64,000 bases of DNA from Deltaproteobacteria bacterium (GCA_013151915.1 JAADHJ010000044.1:329-64328); one strand, 5' to 3'; positions 42,987-52,384 are shown, counted from the stretch's first letter. The notes: a model not told the origin generated them from the sequence alone. Numbers and translations: made by a program.

Positions 42987-43008
42987 TCCTCCCCCTTGAG
43001 GGGGAGGG
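42987..43008. terminator. GC-rich hairpin downstream of the P1B ATPase gene
   Basis: cctcctcccccttgagggggaggg hairpin next to the stop codon. Confidence 0.45.
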
Positions 43009-43010
43009 AT

Positions 43011-44912
43011 TTACACGGCATCGGGTAAACTACCAGCCCGCAATCCATTGGCAACGGCTAATAACTCACTCACCTCATGCACAAGCACAGCCATGGCTAC
43101 GCTAATAATGCCTCCAACACCTGCGGGAATCAAAATTCCCAGAATGATCAATGCGAAAATAATATTCTGTCGGCCGACACGGCGCGCCTTATGACCCAGT
43201 AAAATGGCTTCTTCAAGCTTGGCAAGGTCATCCGCCATCAGAGCAACATCAGCGGCTTCGATGGCCGCGTCTGTTCCCGCAGCGCCCATCGCGACACCAC
43301 AGGTTGCTGTGGCTAACGCAGGAGCATCATTCACGCCATCACCTACCATTAAAACAGGACCTTCTCTTAATAATTCCTGAACGGCAAATACTTTATCACC
43401 AGGTTTCAGACCGGCACGCACATCATCAATGCCTAAATGGCCTGCGACCCTTTTGGCCGCCAGCGGATTGTCTCCCGTCAGCATGACTGTACGTATTCCC
43501 ATAGCGTGGAAGCTTCGTATCACGTCCGTGACATTTTCACGTAAGGCGTCCTGCATGGCGATAAGCCCGATGATCTGCTGGTCATTGCCCAATACAACCA
43601 CCGTTTTGCCTTCTGATTGCAGCCGGCCTATTTTCTCGTCCAAATCTCCCAGGTCGACCCCCATGTCCTGAAACAGCCCGGGATTACCAAGATACCAGCC
43701 CTGCCCGTCAATACGACCCTGCACACCGGAGCCAAACAGCGCTTCACTATCGGTCGTTGCGGCTATTTCCACGTTTTGTTCTTCAGCGTATTTCAAAATG
43801 GCCGCTGCCAGCGGGTGACTGGAATATTTCTCCAACCCGGCAGCCAGGCTGATCAGGGTTGATTCACTATCCTGCAGGGAAATGACATCACTCACTCTCG
43901 GTTTACCGTATGTCAATGTACCTGTTTTATCAAAAGCAATGGTTTTTATAACACCCAGATGCTCAAGGTGCGCGCCGCCCTTGATCAGAATGCCACGCTT
44001 GGCGGAACCGGAAATACCTGCCGCCATGGCGATGGGCAGTGAGATTACCAATGCGCAGGGCGCAGCAGCCACAAGCAGAATAACCGCTTTTTCTATCCAG
44101 AACGCGGAATCACTCTGAGGAAAAACCGCTATCACAATCAGAATAACCGCTGTCAGCAGGACCAGAGGGCTGTAGCGTTGGCCAAAACGTTCCATCCATT
44201 CCTGAGCACGTCCTTTTTGCTCCTGCGCGTTTTCAACCAGATCGATAATGCGCGACAATGTGTTATCGGAATGCTCAGCGGTTGCCTTGAGCGTCAAGGC
44301 GGCCTGACAATTGATCGAGGCCGCAAATACTTTATCGCCGGTTGTTTTATCCACCGGGATCGATTCGCCGGTTACCGTTGATTCATCCAGGCTGGACTCA
44401 CCTGTGATAATCACTCCATCCGTGGGTAGTGATTCACCGGGAAGCACTATAAACTCATCACCTATTCGTAAATTCTCCGCCGGAATGATCTGCTCTTCAC
44501 CGTCGCGGATTACCCGTGCTTCTTTAGGCGCTAGATCCAGCAGAGAGCGAATGGCATGGCGTGTTCTGCTGTAGGTATATTCCTCGATGCCTTTTGCCGC
44601 GCCGTAAAGTACAACCAGGGCGGCTGCCTCATCCCACATTCCGAGATATCCTGCTCCAACCGTCGCGGCTATCATCAGCATGGAGATACCAATTTCATGG
44701 TCCTCTATGAGCTTTTCAACGCCTTCTCTTGCCCACATATAACCGCCAAGGGGTATAGCGATCAGGTAGAACCACGTGGCGATATCTTCACCAATATATC
44801 CGGTACGTTCGAGGATAAATACGGCCAGCGCGATCACTCCCGCAAGCAGGGCATTTCGCAGCGGTGGATAAGACCACCATGAACCCGTGAATTCTTCACC
44901 ATTTTTTGACAT
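43011..44912 (-). CDS. Heavy-metal P1B-type ATPase without N-terminal metal-binding domain
   Basis: TGES, AAPCALVIS, DKTGTLT, MLTGDN, GDGVNDAPALA, HEVSE. Confidence 0.93.
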   Translation of the reverse strand: MSKNGEEFTGSWWSYPPLRNALLAGVIALAVFILERTGYIGEDIATWFYLIAIPLGGYMWAREGVEKLIEDHEIGISMLMIAATVGAGYLGMWDEAAALVVLYGAAKGIEEYTYSRTRHAIRSLLDLAPKEARVIRDGEEQIIPAENLRIGDEFIVLPGESLPTDGVIITGESSLDESTVTGESIPVDKTTGDKVFAASINCQAALTLKATAEHSDNTLSRIIDLVENAQEQKGRAQEWMERFGQRYSPLVLLTAVILIVIAVFPQSDSAFWIEKAVILLVAAAPCALVISLPIAMAAGISGSAKRGILIKGGAHLEHLGVIKTIAFDKTGTLTYGKPRVSDVISLQDSESTLISLAAGLEKYSSHPLAAAILKYAEEQNVEIAATTDSEALFGSGVQGRIDGQGWYLGNPGLFQDMGVDLGDLDEKIGRLQSEGKTVVVLGNDQQIIGLIAMQDALRENVTDVIRSFHAMGIRTVMLTGDNPLAAKRVAGHLGIDDVRAGLKPGDKVFAVQELLREGPVLMVGDGVNDAPALATATCGVAMGAAGTDAAIEAADVALMADDLAKLEEAILLGHKARRVGRQNIIFALIILGILIPAGVGGIISVAMAVLVHEVSELLAVANGLRAGSLPDAV

Positions 44913-44926
44913 CAAGCACCTCTGGA

Positions 44927-45185
44927 TCACTTCCCGTATTCCGGCGTGTTCCCATCATGCGCGACACTGGTTTTTTCGTGTCCGGAATGCTTGCGGCCCC
45001 TCACCTCACGGTCGATCCTCTCGGCCAGGTAGATTTTCATGAGGGACTGATATGGAACATCCATGCGATTGGCCAGAAGCTTTAACTCCTCCAGCATGAT
45101 CTCGGGAAGACGCAGTGAGATCGTCTTTACCGATGGCTTGAGCTTTGGGAACCCCACCGGTCGGCCGAGGCCCCAGTCAAGGAGA
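44927..45185 (-). pseudogene. 5'-truncated BrnA/CopG-like antitoxin
   Basis: LDW..GRPVGFPKLKPSVKTISLRLPE.ML..LK.LA...DVPYQSL; the frame is closed upstream where the IS21-like end begins. Confidence 0.75.
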
Positions 45186-45259
45186 TGTCAACACCGGTTC
45201 AGTTTGTCCCATTTTCGCCGGAATAAAATGTCCCCTTTCCAACGGTTTGGCATTGTCCC
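45186..45259. mobile_element. Orphan IS21-family terminal repeat
   Basis: Starts TGTCAAC; three 24-bp-spaced sub-repeats ccggttcagtttgtccc, ccggaataaaatgtccc, acggtttggcattgtccc. Confidence 0.7.
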
Positions 45260-45379
45260 CTGAGAACCCATGAGTCCCTCTAAACAAACACCGCCTCCTC
45301 ACAACCCCTGTACTGAAGTGGTAGGGTATTGGTGGACACATTCCTAAGAGCGGATATATATTCTCACAGGAGGTGTTCA

Positions 45380-45676
45380 ATGACCAAGGGAAAACGGCGC
45401 AACTACACACAGGAATACAAGGAAGAGGCTGTAAAGCTTGTAACGGAGCAGGGTTACAAGACATCGGAGGCAGCCCGGAATCTGGGTATCAACCCCAATC
45501 TGTTAGGTCGCTGGAAGCGGCAATTTGAGGTTGGCGCCGGGGATTATTCCAACCCTGGCGACAAGGTTGCCATGCAGTCGGAGTTGAAGCGTCTTCGCAA
45601 AGAGAACAAGCGTTTACAGATGGAGCGCGAAATCTTAAGAAAGGCGGCAGCCTTCTTTGCGAACGAATCGAGCTGA
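45380..45676 (+). CDS. IS3 transposase OrfA
   Basis: [43 protein letters not shown]. Confidence 0.9.
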   Translation: MTKGKRRNYTQEYKEEAVKLVTEQGYKTSEAARNLGINPNLLGRWKRQFEVGAGDYSNPGDKVAMQSELKRLRKENKRLQMEREILRKAAAFFANESS

Positions 45677-46544
45677 GGTATCAATTCATTGATACGGCAA
45701 GGAAGGCATATCCGACAGCTCTGGTGTGTACGGTAATGAGAATAAGCAGGAGCGGCCATTACGCTTGGCGCAAGCGGGGTAAATCACTGCGTCAGAGGGA
45801 ACGTGACAGGCTGATTCCTGTTGTTCGTGAGGCGCATCGGCTATCAAAAGGGACCTACGGTGCCTGCCGTATCGCGAAGGAATTGGAAGCGCGCGGCGAG
45901 CCATGTGGTCGTACCAAGGCCGGCACCCTGATGGATCTGGCGAACGTTTCCGTCAGACGGGGCATGAAGTTCAAAGCGACAACAGACAGCAAACACGACC
46001 TGCCCGTCGCCCCGAATTTACTTGAACGTCGGTTTGATGTAGGGGAACCTGATCGTGTATGGGTTTCCGATATCACGTATGTGTGGACATTCGAAGGCCG
46101 GTTGTATCTTGCTGTTGTCCTGGACCTGTTTCCCGCAAGATCGTGGGGTGGTCCATCAGCAGCTGGATCAACCGAAAGCTGGTCATGGATGCCCTGTTCA
46201 TGGCCGTTCGCCTACGATGACCCGGTCCCGGCCTGATATTTCATTCGGATCGTGGGAGCCAGTATTGCAGTGATGACGTTCAGAAAAAGCTCAGGACCCA
46301 CAAGATGGTCAGCAGTATGAGCAGAAAAGGTGATTGCTGGGATAATACGGTTGCGGAAAGCTTCTTCGGCAGCCTGGAAGCCGAGCGTTTGTATTTAACG
46401 AATTACAGAACCAAGGAAGCAGCGAGACTGGATATCGTTGATTGCATCGAGATGTTCTACAATTGCAACCGGCGTCATTCTTACCTGGGATATCTGAGCC
46501 CGAAAACATTTGAGGAAATGTCGCTCGCCAAAATGGTTGCTTAA
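45673..46544 (+). pseudogene. IS3 transposase OrfB with a frameshift (about 46130) and an in-frame stop
   Basis: [16 protein letters not shown] then a shifted RKIVGW, HSDRGSQY, CWDN.VAESFF, YN..RRHS.LG. Confidence 0.88.
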
Positions 46545-47047
46545 AAAAGTGTCCATTTTTACTTGACCATCTCAGCTTCCCTCTTCAGGCAAGACACTTC
46601 ATGGATTGTAATGGGCTTGGATCCAAGCATCTCTTCGTGGTTCTCCAGACCGCTAACATTGCTTTAGCCGGCCATGCACCAGAATGAGGTGTAGGTATAT
46701 ATAGTAAAATATATCAAGCATTATCACAGACTTCGAAAAGAGCGGGAGAATGACGTATAAGAAGCATCTTGCCTGGTTCTTACCTGTACTCGCAATCTCC
46801 TAGTTTAGACTGGACTGTAAACGGGTTTTTGAGGCATATTGCAGATGTAACTTGACGGCTTTCAAGCGGGCCGCAGGCGAAATCCCGCTCTAATTCTCAG
46901 GTATGTTTTGGCCTGCTTGGCGGATTGATCTCCAGGCTACATCCAACTCTATGTAGGTTGCCGGCGATCTGCTCTGGATTTGTCACATGTGTCTGATCGG
47001 GATCCTCAGTATCGTTATAGGGTGACATGAAAATCCCCATTAATTGA

Positions 47048-47270
47048 GGTTCATCCTGGAAATGAGTACCTGGATAAAGATCGGAATGGGTGGAAAACTA
47101 ATTTAACACCGTTCGGCACGGCTTCGCTTGCTCACAGCAGGCAGGGTGATACAGGGTTAAATTAAAAGTTTTGTGTCGGCTTATGCACAGGTCAAGAGCC
47201 AATTGACCGCGAAGTTAACGAAGTTTTGCTAAGGTTAAAACCAGGACCTTAAGGGGTTTGATCTTAGCCT
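47048..47270 (+). mobile_element. Left part of MITE, right end missing
   Basis: ggttcatcctggaaatgagtacctg; gaagttaacgaagttttgctaa..ttaaaaccaggacctta is shared with 28795-28835. Confidence 0.75.
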
Positions 47271-47358
47271 GTCATGCCATCTTGTCCGTCATAGTCTGGA
47301 AGGCGAAGTCGGAAGCTCAAAAAAAGACGGCGGGAACGGTTACGGAGCTGCTTCTGAT

Positions 47359-47589
47359 TTGGGTCAGCAGCTGGACGTTTTAGCAAGGTGGAACTTATTA
47401 AGGGCCGATAAAACTGGAAATTACTTTGAGATGCACAGTCTTGTCCGACAGTTTGCATTAGAAAATTTGGATGATTCTGATGACGTGCATCTACGCCCGG
47501 CAAAACATTGCGCGAGCTTGAGCGAAGACATCGAACACCTTTCTTATCAGGACCCAGATAGGATGGTCGTTGGTCTTCAGTTATTCTGA
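47359..47589 (+). pseudogene. Possible fragment of an NB-ARC/AfsR-type ATPase-TPR gene
   Basis: FEMHSLVRQFALE resembles the MHxLVR motif; no start or rest of the gene seen. Confidence 0.35.
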
Positions 47590-47595
47590 ATCGAC

Positions 47596-49188
47596 ATGAC
47601 GCAATATAATAATAAGAAAAACATCATTTTGACCGGTTTTATGGCTACCGGGAAAACCTCTGTTGGCAGAACCCTGGCATCGCAGATCGGCTATGATTTT
47701 GTCGATACCGACCATCTGATCGAATCAAGGATAGGCATGACTATCGCCGAATTCTTCAAAGAAAAAGGCGAAGCGGCTTTTCGAAAAATGGAGGCAGAAC
47801 TTGCCCGGGAGCTTGCGGATAAAAGCGGCATGGTCATTGCCACCGGTGGTCGATTCATGCTCGATGGTGACAATGCCATCACACTTGGTAAATCCGGCCG
47901 GGTTTTCTGTCTGGTGGCGACACCAGAGGAAATCCTTAAGCGCGTCGAGAGTGATAGCCATGCCCGCCCGTTGCTCCAGGTGCCGAATCCGCTTGAGCAT
48001 ATCGTCGAACTCTTGCATCAGCGAGAGAAGGGATACGGTCAATTTCCCCAATTTGTCACCTCTGAAAAAAATCCGGAAACCGTTGCTGAAGATCTCGCAG
48101 GGATAATAGCGGGAGAGCCGGACGTCCGTCTGCCCATTGCGGCGCCTGACGACCGCTATGAGTTTATTGTCGGTGAAGGACTCCTGCCGTTTATTTCACA
48201 GTTAGCCGGAATTGATGGCCCCATTGCCATCATCACGGATGATACCGTTGGTTCCCTGTATACTCAGAGCTGTGGTTCCGTCGATGTTGTGGTCAGCATA
48301 TCGCCCGGCAGACGGAATAAAACCCTGGCAACAGCCCAGTCGATTTACGAGCAGCTGCTTGAAGGGGATTTCGACCGTAGCGGAACGGTCATTGCGCTTG
48401 GCGGAACCGTGATCAGTGAACTCGCCGGCTTTATAGCGGCAACCTATATGCGAGGGGTCGATTGTGTGCAGTGTCCCACCAGCCTGTTGGCCATGGTCGA
48501 CACCAGCATCGGCGGTAAGACCGGAGTTGATCTGCCGAATGCGAAGAACCTGATCGGTGCTTTCAAACAACCCAAAACCGTGATTGCCGATATAGCTACT
48601 CTGCAGAGCCTGCCCCCCAGGGCATTTGCGTCCGGAATGGCGGAGGTTATCAAGCACAGCCTCATCGCTGATTCGGACCTGCTTCAGAAGATCGAGTCTG
48701 GAAGCTGGATTCAGACCAGCAGGGAGATCGGGCAGCAGGCTTCTGAAATTCAGGCACTTGTTGCCCAGGCCATTCAGGTCAAGATCAATATCGTTCAGGA
48801 AGATCCTTTTGATCAGGGTCTGAGGGCTGTACTGAATTTCGGACACACTTTTGCAAACGCCATTGAACGCCTCAGCCATCATAGGGTCAATCATGGCGAG
48901 GCCGTGGCCATGGGAATGGTTGCTGCCACGAACCTTTCCGTAAAGTTGGGCCATTGCCCTGAAGAACTGCAGGCAAGGGTCGAGTCTGTCCTTATGTCCG
49001 CCGGCTTACCGACCCGGATCCCGACCAACCTGGTTCCGAAGCAGCTGTTCGAGGCCATGAGGAGCGACAAAAAGAAGAAGGCCGGGAAGCTGCGGTATGT
49101 GCTGCTCAAGGATGTCGGCGATGTCTTTGTGACCGATCAGGTCCCTGAAGATGCGGTACTCGACACTTTTGCTGCATTGAAATCCTGA
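47596..49188 (+). CDS. aroKB: Shikimate kinase / 3-dehydroquinate synthase fusion with non-canonical DHQS motifs
   Basis: GFMATGKT, RPLL; ATYMRG, VDTSIGGKTG, KNLIGAF, GMAEVIKH, HGEAV, DKK. Confidence 0.88.
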   Translation: MTQYNNKKNIILTGFMATGKTSVGRTLASQIGYDFVDTDHLIESRIGMTIAEFFKEKGEAAFRKMEAELARELADKSGMVIATGGRFMLDGDNAITLGKSGRVFCLVATPEEILKRVESDSHARPLLQVPNPLEHIVELLHQREKGYGQFPQFVTSEKNPETVAEDLAGIIAGEPDVRLPIAAPDDRYEFIVGEGLLPFISQLAGIDGPIAIITDDTVGSLYTQSCGSVDVVVSISPGRRNKTLATAQSIYEQLLEGDFDRSGTVIALGGTVISELAGFIAATYMRGVDCVQCPTSLLAMVDTSIGGKTGVDLPNAKNLIGAFKQPKTVIADIATLQSLPPRAFASGMAEVIKHSLIADSDLLQKIESGSWIQTSREIGQQASEIQALVAQAIQVKINIVQEDPFDQGLRAVLNFGHTFANAIERLSHHRVNHGEAVAMGMVAATNLSVKLGHCPEELQARVESVLMSAGLPTRIPTNLVPKQLFEAMRSDKKKKAGKLRYVLLKDVGDVFVTDQVPEDAVLDTFAALKS

Positions 49189-49302
49189 ATATAGCGGATA
49201 TCAGCGGCAAGCGCATTGACGGGATCGCCGAATCCCTTTTCGAAAAGGTCTCCCCCTGAGCATGGTCGTTAATGTCGTTCATGTTGAGTTGGGTGAACGG
49301 TC

Positions 49303-49416
49303 CTACTCCTCCTCGAGACCAAACACCCTGGATTCCATCTGGAGACCGTCCCTTAAGGCCTCATCCTCGAGGAGCAGTTCCGGGGCGCGGTCTATCTTAT
49401 GAATATTGCCGGGCAT
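49303..49416 (-). pseudogene. N-terminal remnant of an HMGL-like (DRE-TIM) metallolyase
   Basis: MPGNIHKIDRAPELLLEDEALRDGLQMESRVFGLEEE then TAG; LRDGLQ motif. Confidence 0.55.
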
Positions 49417-49432
49417 CACAGCGTCGGGTTCC

Positions 49433-50416
49433 TCAAGGGGAGACTAAGACCTTGAACCGGCCCGGTGCGTTGAAGTTTTTTATGGCGTTTTCGAGGTCAT
49501 CGAGTCCGATCATGTCGGAGATAAGGGGAGTGGGGTCAATCCGCCCGGTTTGGAGAAGCTCTAGAACACCGGGAAATTCGTCGGTGTAGATCATCGAGCC
49601 CACGATGGAAAGTTCCTTGCGGACGATCTGGGTAGAAGAAACAGGGTGGTCTTGACCTTCCAGACCAAGCAGAGCAATTCGCGCCCCGGGGGCCGCAAAA
49701 CCGATGGCATCCGCAAGTCCGGACGGAGCCCCGCTGGTCTCGTATATCAGGTCAAAGGAGGACGGTTTCAGCTCCCCTTCACCACCGACATGGAAGGCCC
49801 TGTCTGCCCCCATCTTCTCAGCCATAGCCAGGTGCTCGGTCAAAAGGTCCGAAACAGTCAGGTCCGCTCCTTCGAGCTTGACCAGAAGGAGCGTCAGAAG
49901 GCCGATGACCCCGGCGCCGATGATAAGGACGCGGTCCCCCTCGGACGGGGTCAGGTTCTTCACGGCGTGGGCGGCAACGGCCAGCGGCTCTGTCAGTGTT
50001 GCGGTCCGATCGTCGATGCCTTCCGGAACAGGCCACACATACCTGGAAGGGATCTTGACGAACTGGGCGAACACGCCGTTGGTGTCGATGCCGAGGCGCA
50101 CCTTCTCGTGACAGATGTTGTCGAGTTTTGAATCGCAGAGGTCACAATTCCAGCAGGCAAAGTTGGGCTGGATGACAACCCTTTGTCCCACAGCCACATT
50201 CGACACCCCGGGGCCGATCTCTTTAACGATCCCCATCCCCTCGTGACCCGGTACCACGGGCAGGGGGACGCCGAACTTCCCGTGGTACAGCAAGTAGTCC
50301 GACCCGCAGAGGCCTGCTAAAGTCACGTCGATGACAACCTCTCCCGACCCCGGTACCGGATCAGGAAGGTCACGAACCGACAGGTCTGCTGTATTGTTTA
50401 GTATTGCTGCTCTCAT
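49433..50416 (-). CDS. Zinc-dependent alcohol/polyol dehydrogenase (MDR family)
   Basis: CGSD, GHE, CWNCDLC..C, EPLA, GAGVIG. Confidence 0.92.
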   Translation of the reverse strand: MRAAILNNTADLSVRDLPDPVPGSGEVVIDVTLAGLCGSDYLLYHGKFGVPLPVVPGHEGMGIVKEIGPGVSNVAVGQRVVIQPNFACWNCDLCDSKLDNICHEKVRLGIDTNGVFAQFVKIPSRYVWPVPEGIDDRTATLTEPLAVAAHAVKNLTPSEGDRVLIIGAGVIGLLTLLLVKLEGADLTVSDLLTEHLAMAEKMGADRAFHVGGEGELKPSSFDLIYETSGAPSGLADAIGFAAPGARIALLGLEGQDHPVSSTQIVRKELSIVGSMIYTDEFPGVLELLQTGRIDPTPLISDMIGLDDLENAIKNFNAPGRFKVLVSP

Positions 50417-50474
50417 GGTGATTCCTCCGTGAAGGTTGATCGAGCTGATTCCATGTTGAATTTTTTAGTACTTA

Positions 50475-50663
50475 GGGACCCCCCCCCGGCTTTGCCGGGG
50501 GACCCGAATAGTTTGACAGTACCTGGAGTAAATGAAAGCCTCCCATCTATGAACCGCTGAAAGTTTACAGGCGAGGAGGCTTTCGTTGAACGATGTAAGA
50601 AGCTTAAGCCATATAGCATGGGACTGCAAGTATCGTATATTTTGGATACCGAAGTGTCGCAAC
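50475..50663 (+). mobile_element. IS200/IS605 left-end hairpin plus truncated tnpA
   Basis: ccccggctttgccgggg hairpin; TTG 50586 gives NDVRSLSHIAWDCKYRIFWIPKCR, like the TnpA N-terminus. Confidence 0.75.
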
Positions 50664-50705
50664 TCAGTGAACTACCACGGGTTCATGCCCGTGGTAGTTC
50701 ACTGA
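50664..50705. repeat. Perfect inverted repeat (18-bp arms, 6-nt loop)
   Basis: tcagtgaactaccacggg ttcatg cccgtggtagttcactga. Confidence 0.95.
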
Positions 50706-50878
50706 ATTACAGAACCAGTGAAAGAGCGAAACTGGACATCATTGATTACATCGAGGTGTTCTACAATTGCAACCGGCGTCATTCTTACCTTGAATATCTG
50801 AGCCCGAAAATATTCGAGGAAATACCGCTTGCCAAAATGGTTGCTTAAAAAAGTGTCCATTTTTACTTGATCACATCA
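50706..50878 (+). mobile_element. IS3 3' remnant with right TIR
   Basis: Closely matches 46400-46574, including aaaatggttgcttaaaaaagtgtccatttttacttga. Confidence 0.88.
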
Positions 50879-50926
50879 CCTGGCACCGTTTACCCTGACG
50901 TCTATAGTTTGACCCCAAAAGCAATT

Positions 50927-51328
50927 TCAATTAACGTCCCTCTCCGACCGTACCTCAGATCTGTACCTGACGTAGCGCACAGTGCGCTCCCGCGGTTCCG
51001 TCATCTCTCCGAGGAAGAACATTACAATGGACAGGGCGATGGAGAAAAAAAGTGCCCACCAGAACCCGTTTACATGAAAGCCTGGGACGATCGCCGCGGC
51101 CAACAGGACCATCAGGGCGTTGAGGACGAAGGTGAAAAGGCCGAGGGTCAGGAGCGTCAGGGGAAGGGTGAAGACGAACAGGACAGGCCGCAGGAACCCG
51201 TTGGCAAGCCCCAGGATTACCGCCGTGACCAGGGCGGCGAAAACCCCGTCCAAGCGAATTCCGGGCAGGATGTAGGCGGTAATTCCGATGGCCAGGGTAT
51301 AGATGAACCAGTTGATGAGAAAACGCAT
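50927..51328 (-). CDS. Four-TM membrane protein (YvlD / phage holin family IV)
   Basis: LPGI.L.G...ALV.A..LG..N..LRP.L...TLP...LTLGLF..VLNA. Confidence 0.88.
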   Translation of the reverse strand: MRFLINWFIYTLAIGITAYILPGIRLDGVFAALVTAVILGLANGFLRPVLFVFTLPLTLLTLGLFTFVLNALMVLLAAAIVPGFHVNGFWWALFFSIALSIVMFFLGEMTEPRERTVRYVRYRSEVRSERDVN

Positions 51329-51417
51329 GATAAACCTCCCGATAGAAGCCGATGAGCAACCTCCTCATTAAATATAATAACAGAAACCCCGGGATTTTGT
51401 GGAAACGCGGGTGGATC

Positions 51418-51445
51418 TGGGGTCAAAGCTCAGATTCTCAGGTTT
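51418..51445. repeat. 28-bp inverted repeat, downstream arm of the RAYT gene
   Basis: tggggtcaaagctcagattctcaggttt; overlaps the stop codon. Confidence 0.92.
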
Positions 51446-52289
51446 CGAGGGCCTTGATGATTTGGCAAAGATAGTTGGGGTTCATACTCAGGTGTGACGC
51501 GATTTCCTTCAGTGGATATTTATATGTTCGGTAGGCCTGGAGGATAGCCTGATTCCTCAGTTTTCTGGAACCGTTCATTCCACTGAATACTTCAGCCAAA
51601 GGAAGCCTTCCAGTACTAAGTTGTGTGTTGTTGATACCGGTTTTTTGATTCATGGGTCCATACTGCTTCAGGATGTTTTTGATAAACTCATCTGACCCAA
51701 GAAAGAGTTGAAAGCGGATGTCAAGCTTTGTCCTGAAACCATCCATGTCCGCCTCCACAAAACGGACGTAATTCTCCCTGGCCTTTTTAACAGTGAAGCC
51801 GAACTGTTCCAGGAGCCAGCCCGTCGTTAATAACGGCGGTGTTTTGACCAGCCCGGCGGTAGCGCCGTAACTGCTCCATGGCCACCCGCTCGGGTGTTCG
51901 ACAAGCTTTGCGTCCCATGGATTTAGAGCAATGTACCGGCAGCAGTGGAGGAGGTAGGTATCCTTCTGAACAATGATGGCTTTGTAACGCCCCTGAAGGA
52001 CATGACCGACCCGATGGTACTTGTAGTTGAAGAATTGGGTGTAGACCTGATTAAGATACTTCATCCCTTTGGCCAGGTTGGCATCAGGAGTTTCAATGAG
52101 GAGGTGGTAATGGTTTCCCATGAGACAATAGGCGTGGCAGAGCCAAGTGAAGCGTTTAATGGTCTTATGGAAAATATTGAGGAACTTGATGCGGTCGGCA
52201 TCGTCATGAAAGATCATCATCTGCGCATTTCCTCTGCTCATGATATGATAAAGAGCACCCTCATACTGGATCCTCAACTGGCGTGCCAT
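51438..52289 (-). CDS. REP-associated tyrosine (HUH/Y1) transposase with C-terminal HTH
   Basis: MARQLRI...YHI.SRGN, AYCLMGNHYHLL, GHVLQGRYKA, YI.LNP, WSSY; RBS GGGAGG. Confidence 0.92.
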   Translation of the reverse strand: MARQLRIQYEGALYHIMSRGNAQMMIFHDDADRIKFLNIFHKTIKRFTWLCHAYCLMGNHYHLLIETPDANLAKGMKYLNQVYTQFFNYKYHRVGHVLQGRYKAIIVQKDTYLLHCCRYIALNPWDAKLVEHPSGWPWSSYGATAGLVKTPPLLTTGWLLEQFGFTVKKARENYVRFVEADMDGFRTKLDIRFQLFLGSDEFIKNILKQYGPMNQKTGINNTQLSTGRLPLAEVFSGMNGSRKLRNQAILQAYRTYKYPLKEIASHLSMNPNYLCQIIKALET

Positions 52290-52353
52290 AGCCGCTTGCC
52301 TCCCTGTTGAATGGGTATGGCAGGTAATAAGCAAAACCAGGGCCAAAAGGGAA

Positions 52354-52381
52354 AAACCTGAGGATCTGAGCTTTGACCCCA
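52354..52381. repeat. 28-bp inverted repeat, upstream arm of the RAYT gene
   Basis: aaacctgaggatctgagctttgacccca; 27/28 complementary to 51418-51445. Confidence 0.92.
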
Positions 52382-52384
52382 TAT

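Larger units (their letters stand above)
45314..46574 (+). mobile_element. IS3-family element, inactivated
   Basis: TIRs TGAAGTGG..TGGACAC and GTGTCCA..CCATCTCA; orfA plus a disrupted orfB. Confidence 0.92.

Noticed and set aside
46575-47047. Gene between IS3 and the MITE fragment
   Set aside because: Only short frames with stops and no recognisable motif; left unannotated.
47596-49188. The aroK-aroB fusion itself as a novelty
   Set aside because: Such fusions are known; only the active-site substitutions are reported.
50927-51328. Prophage inferred from the holin-like gene
   Set aside because: This family is common in non-phage contexts, and no structural, lysin or integrase genes are adjacent.
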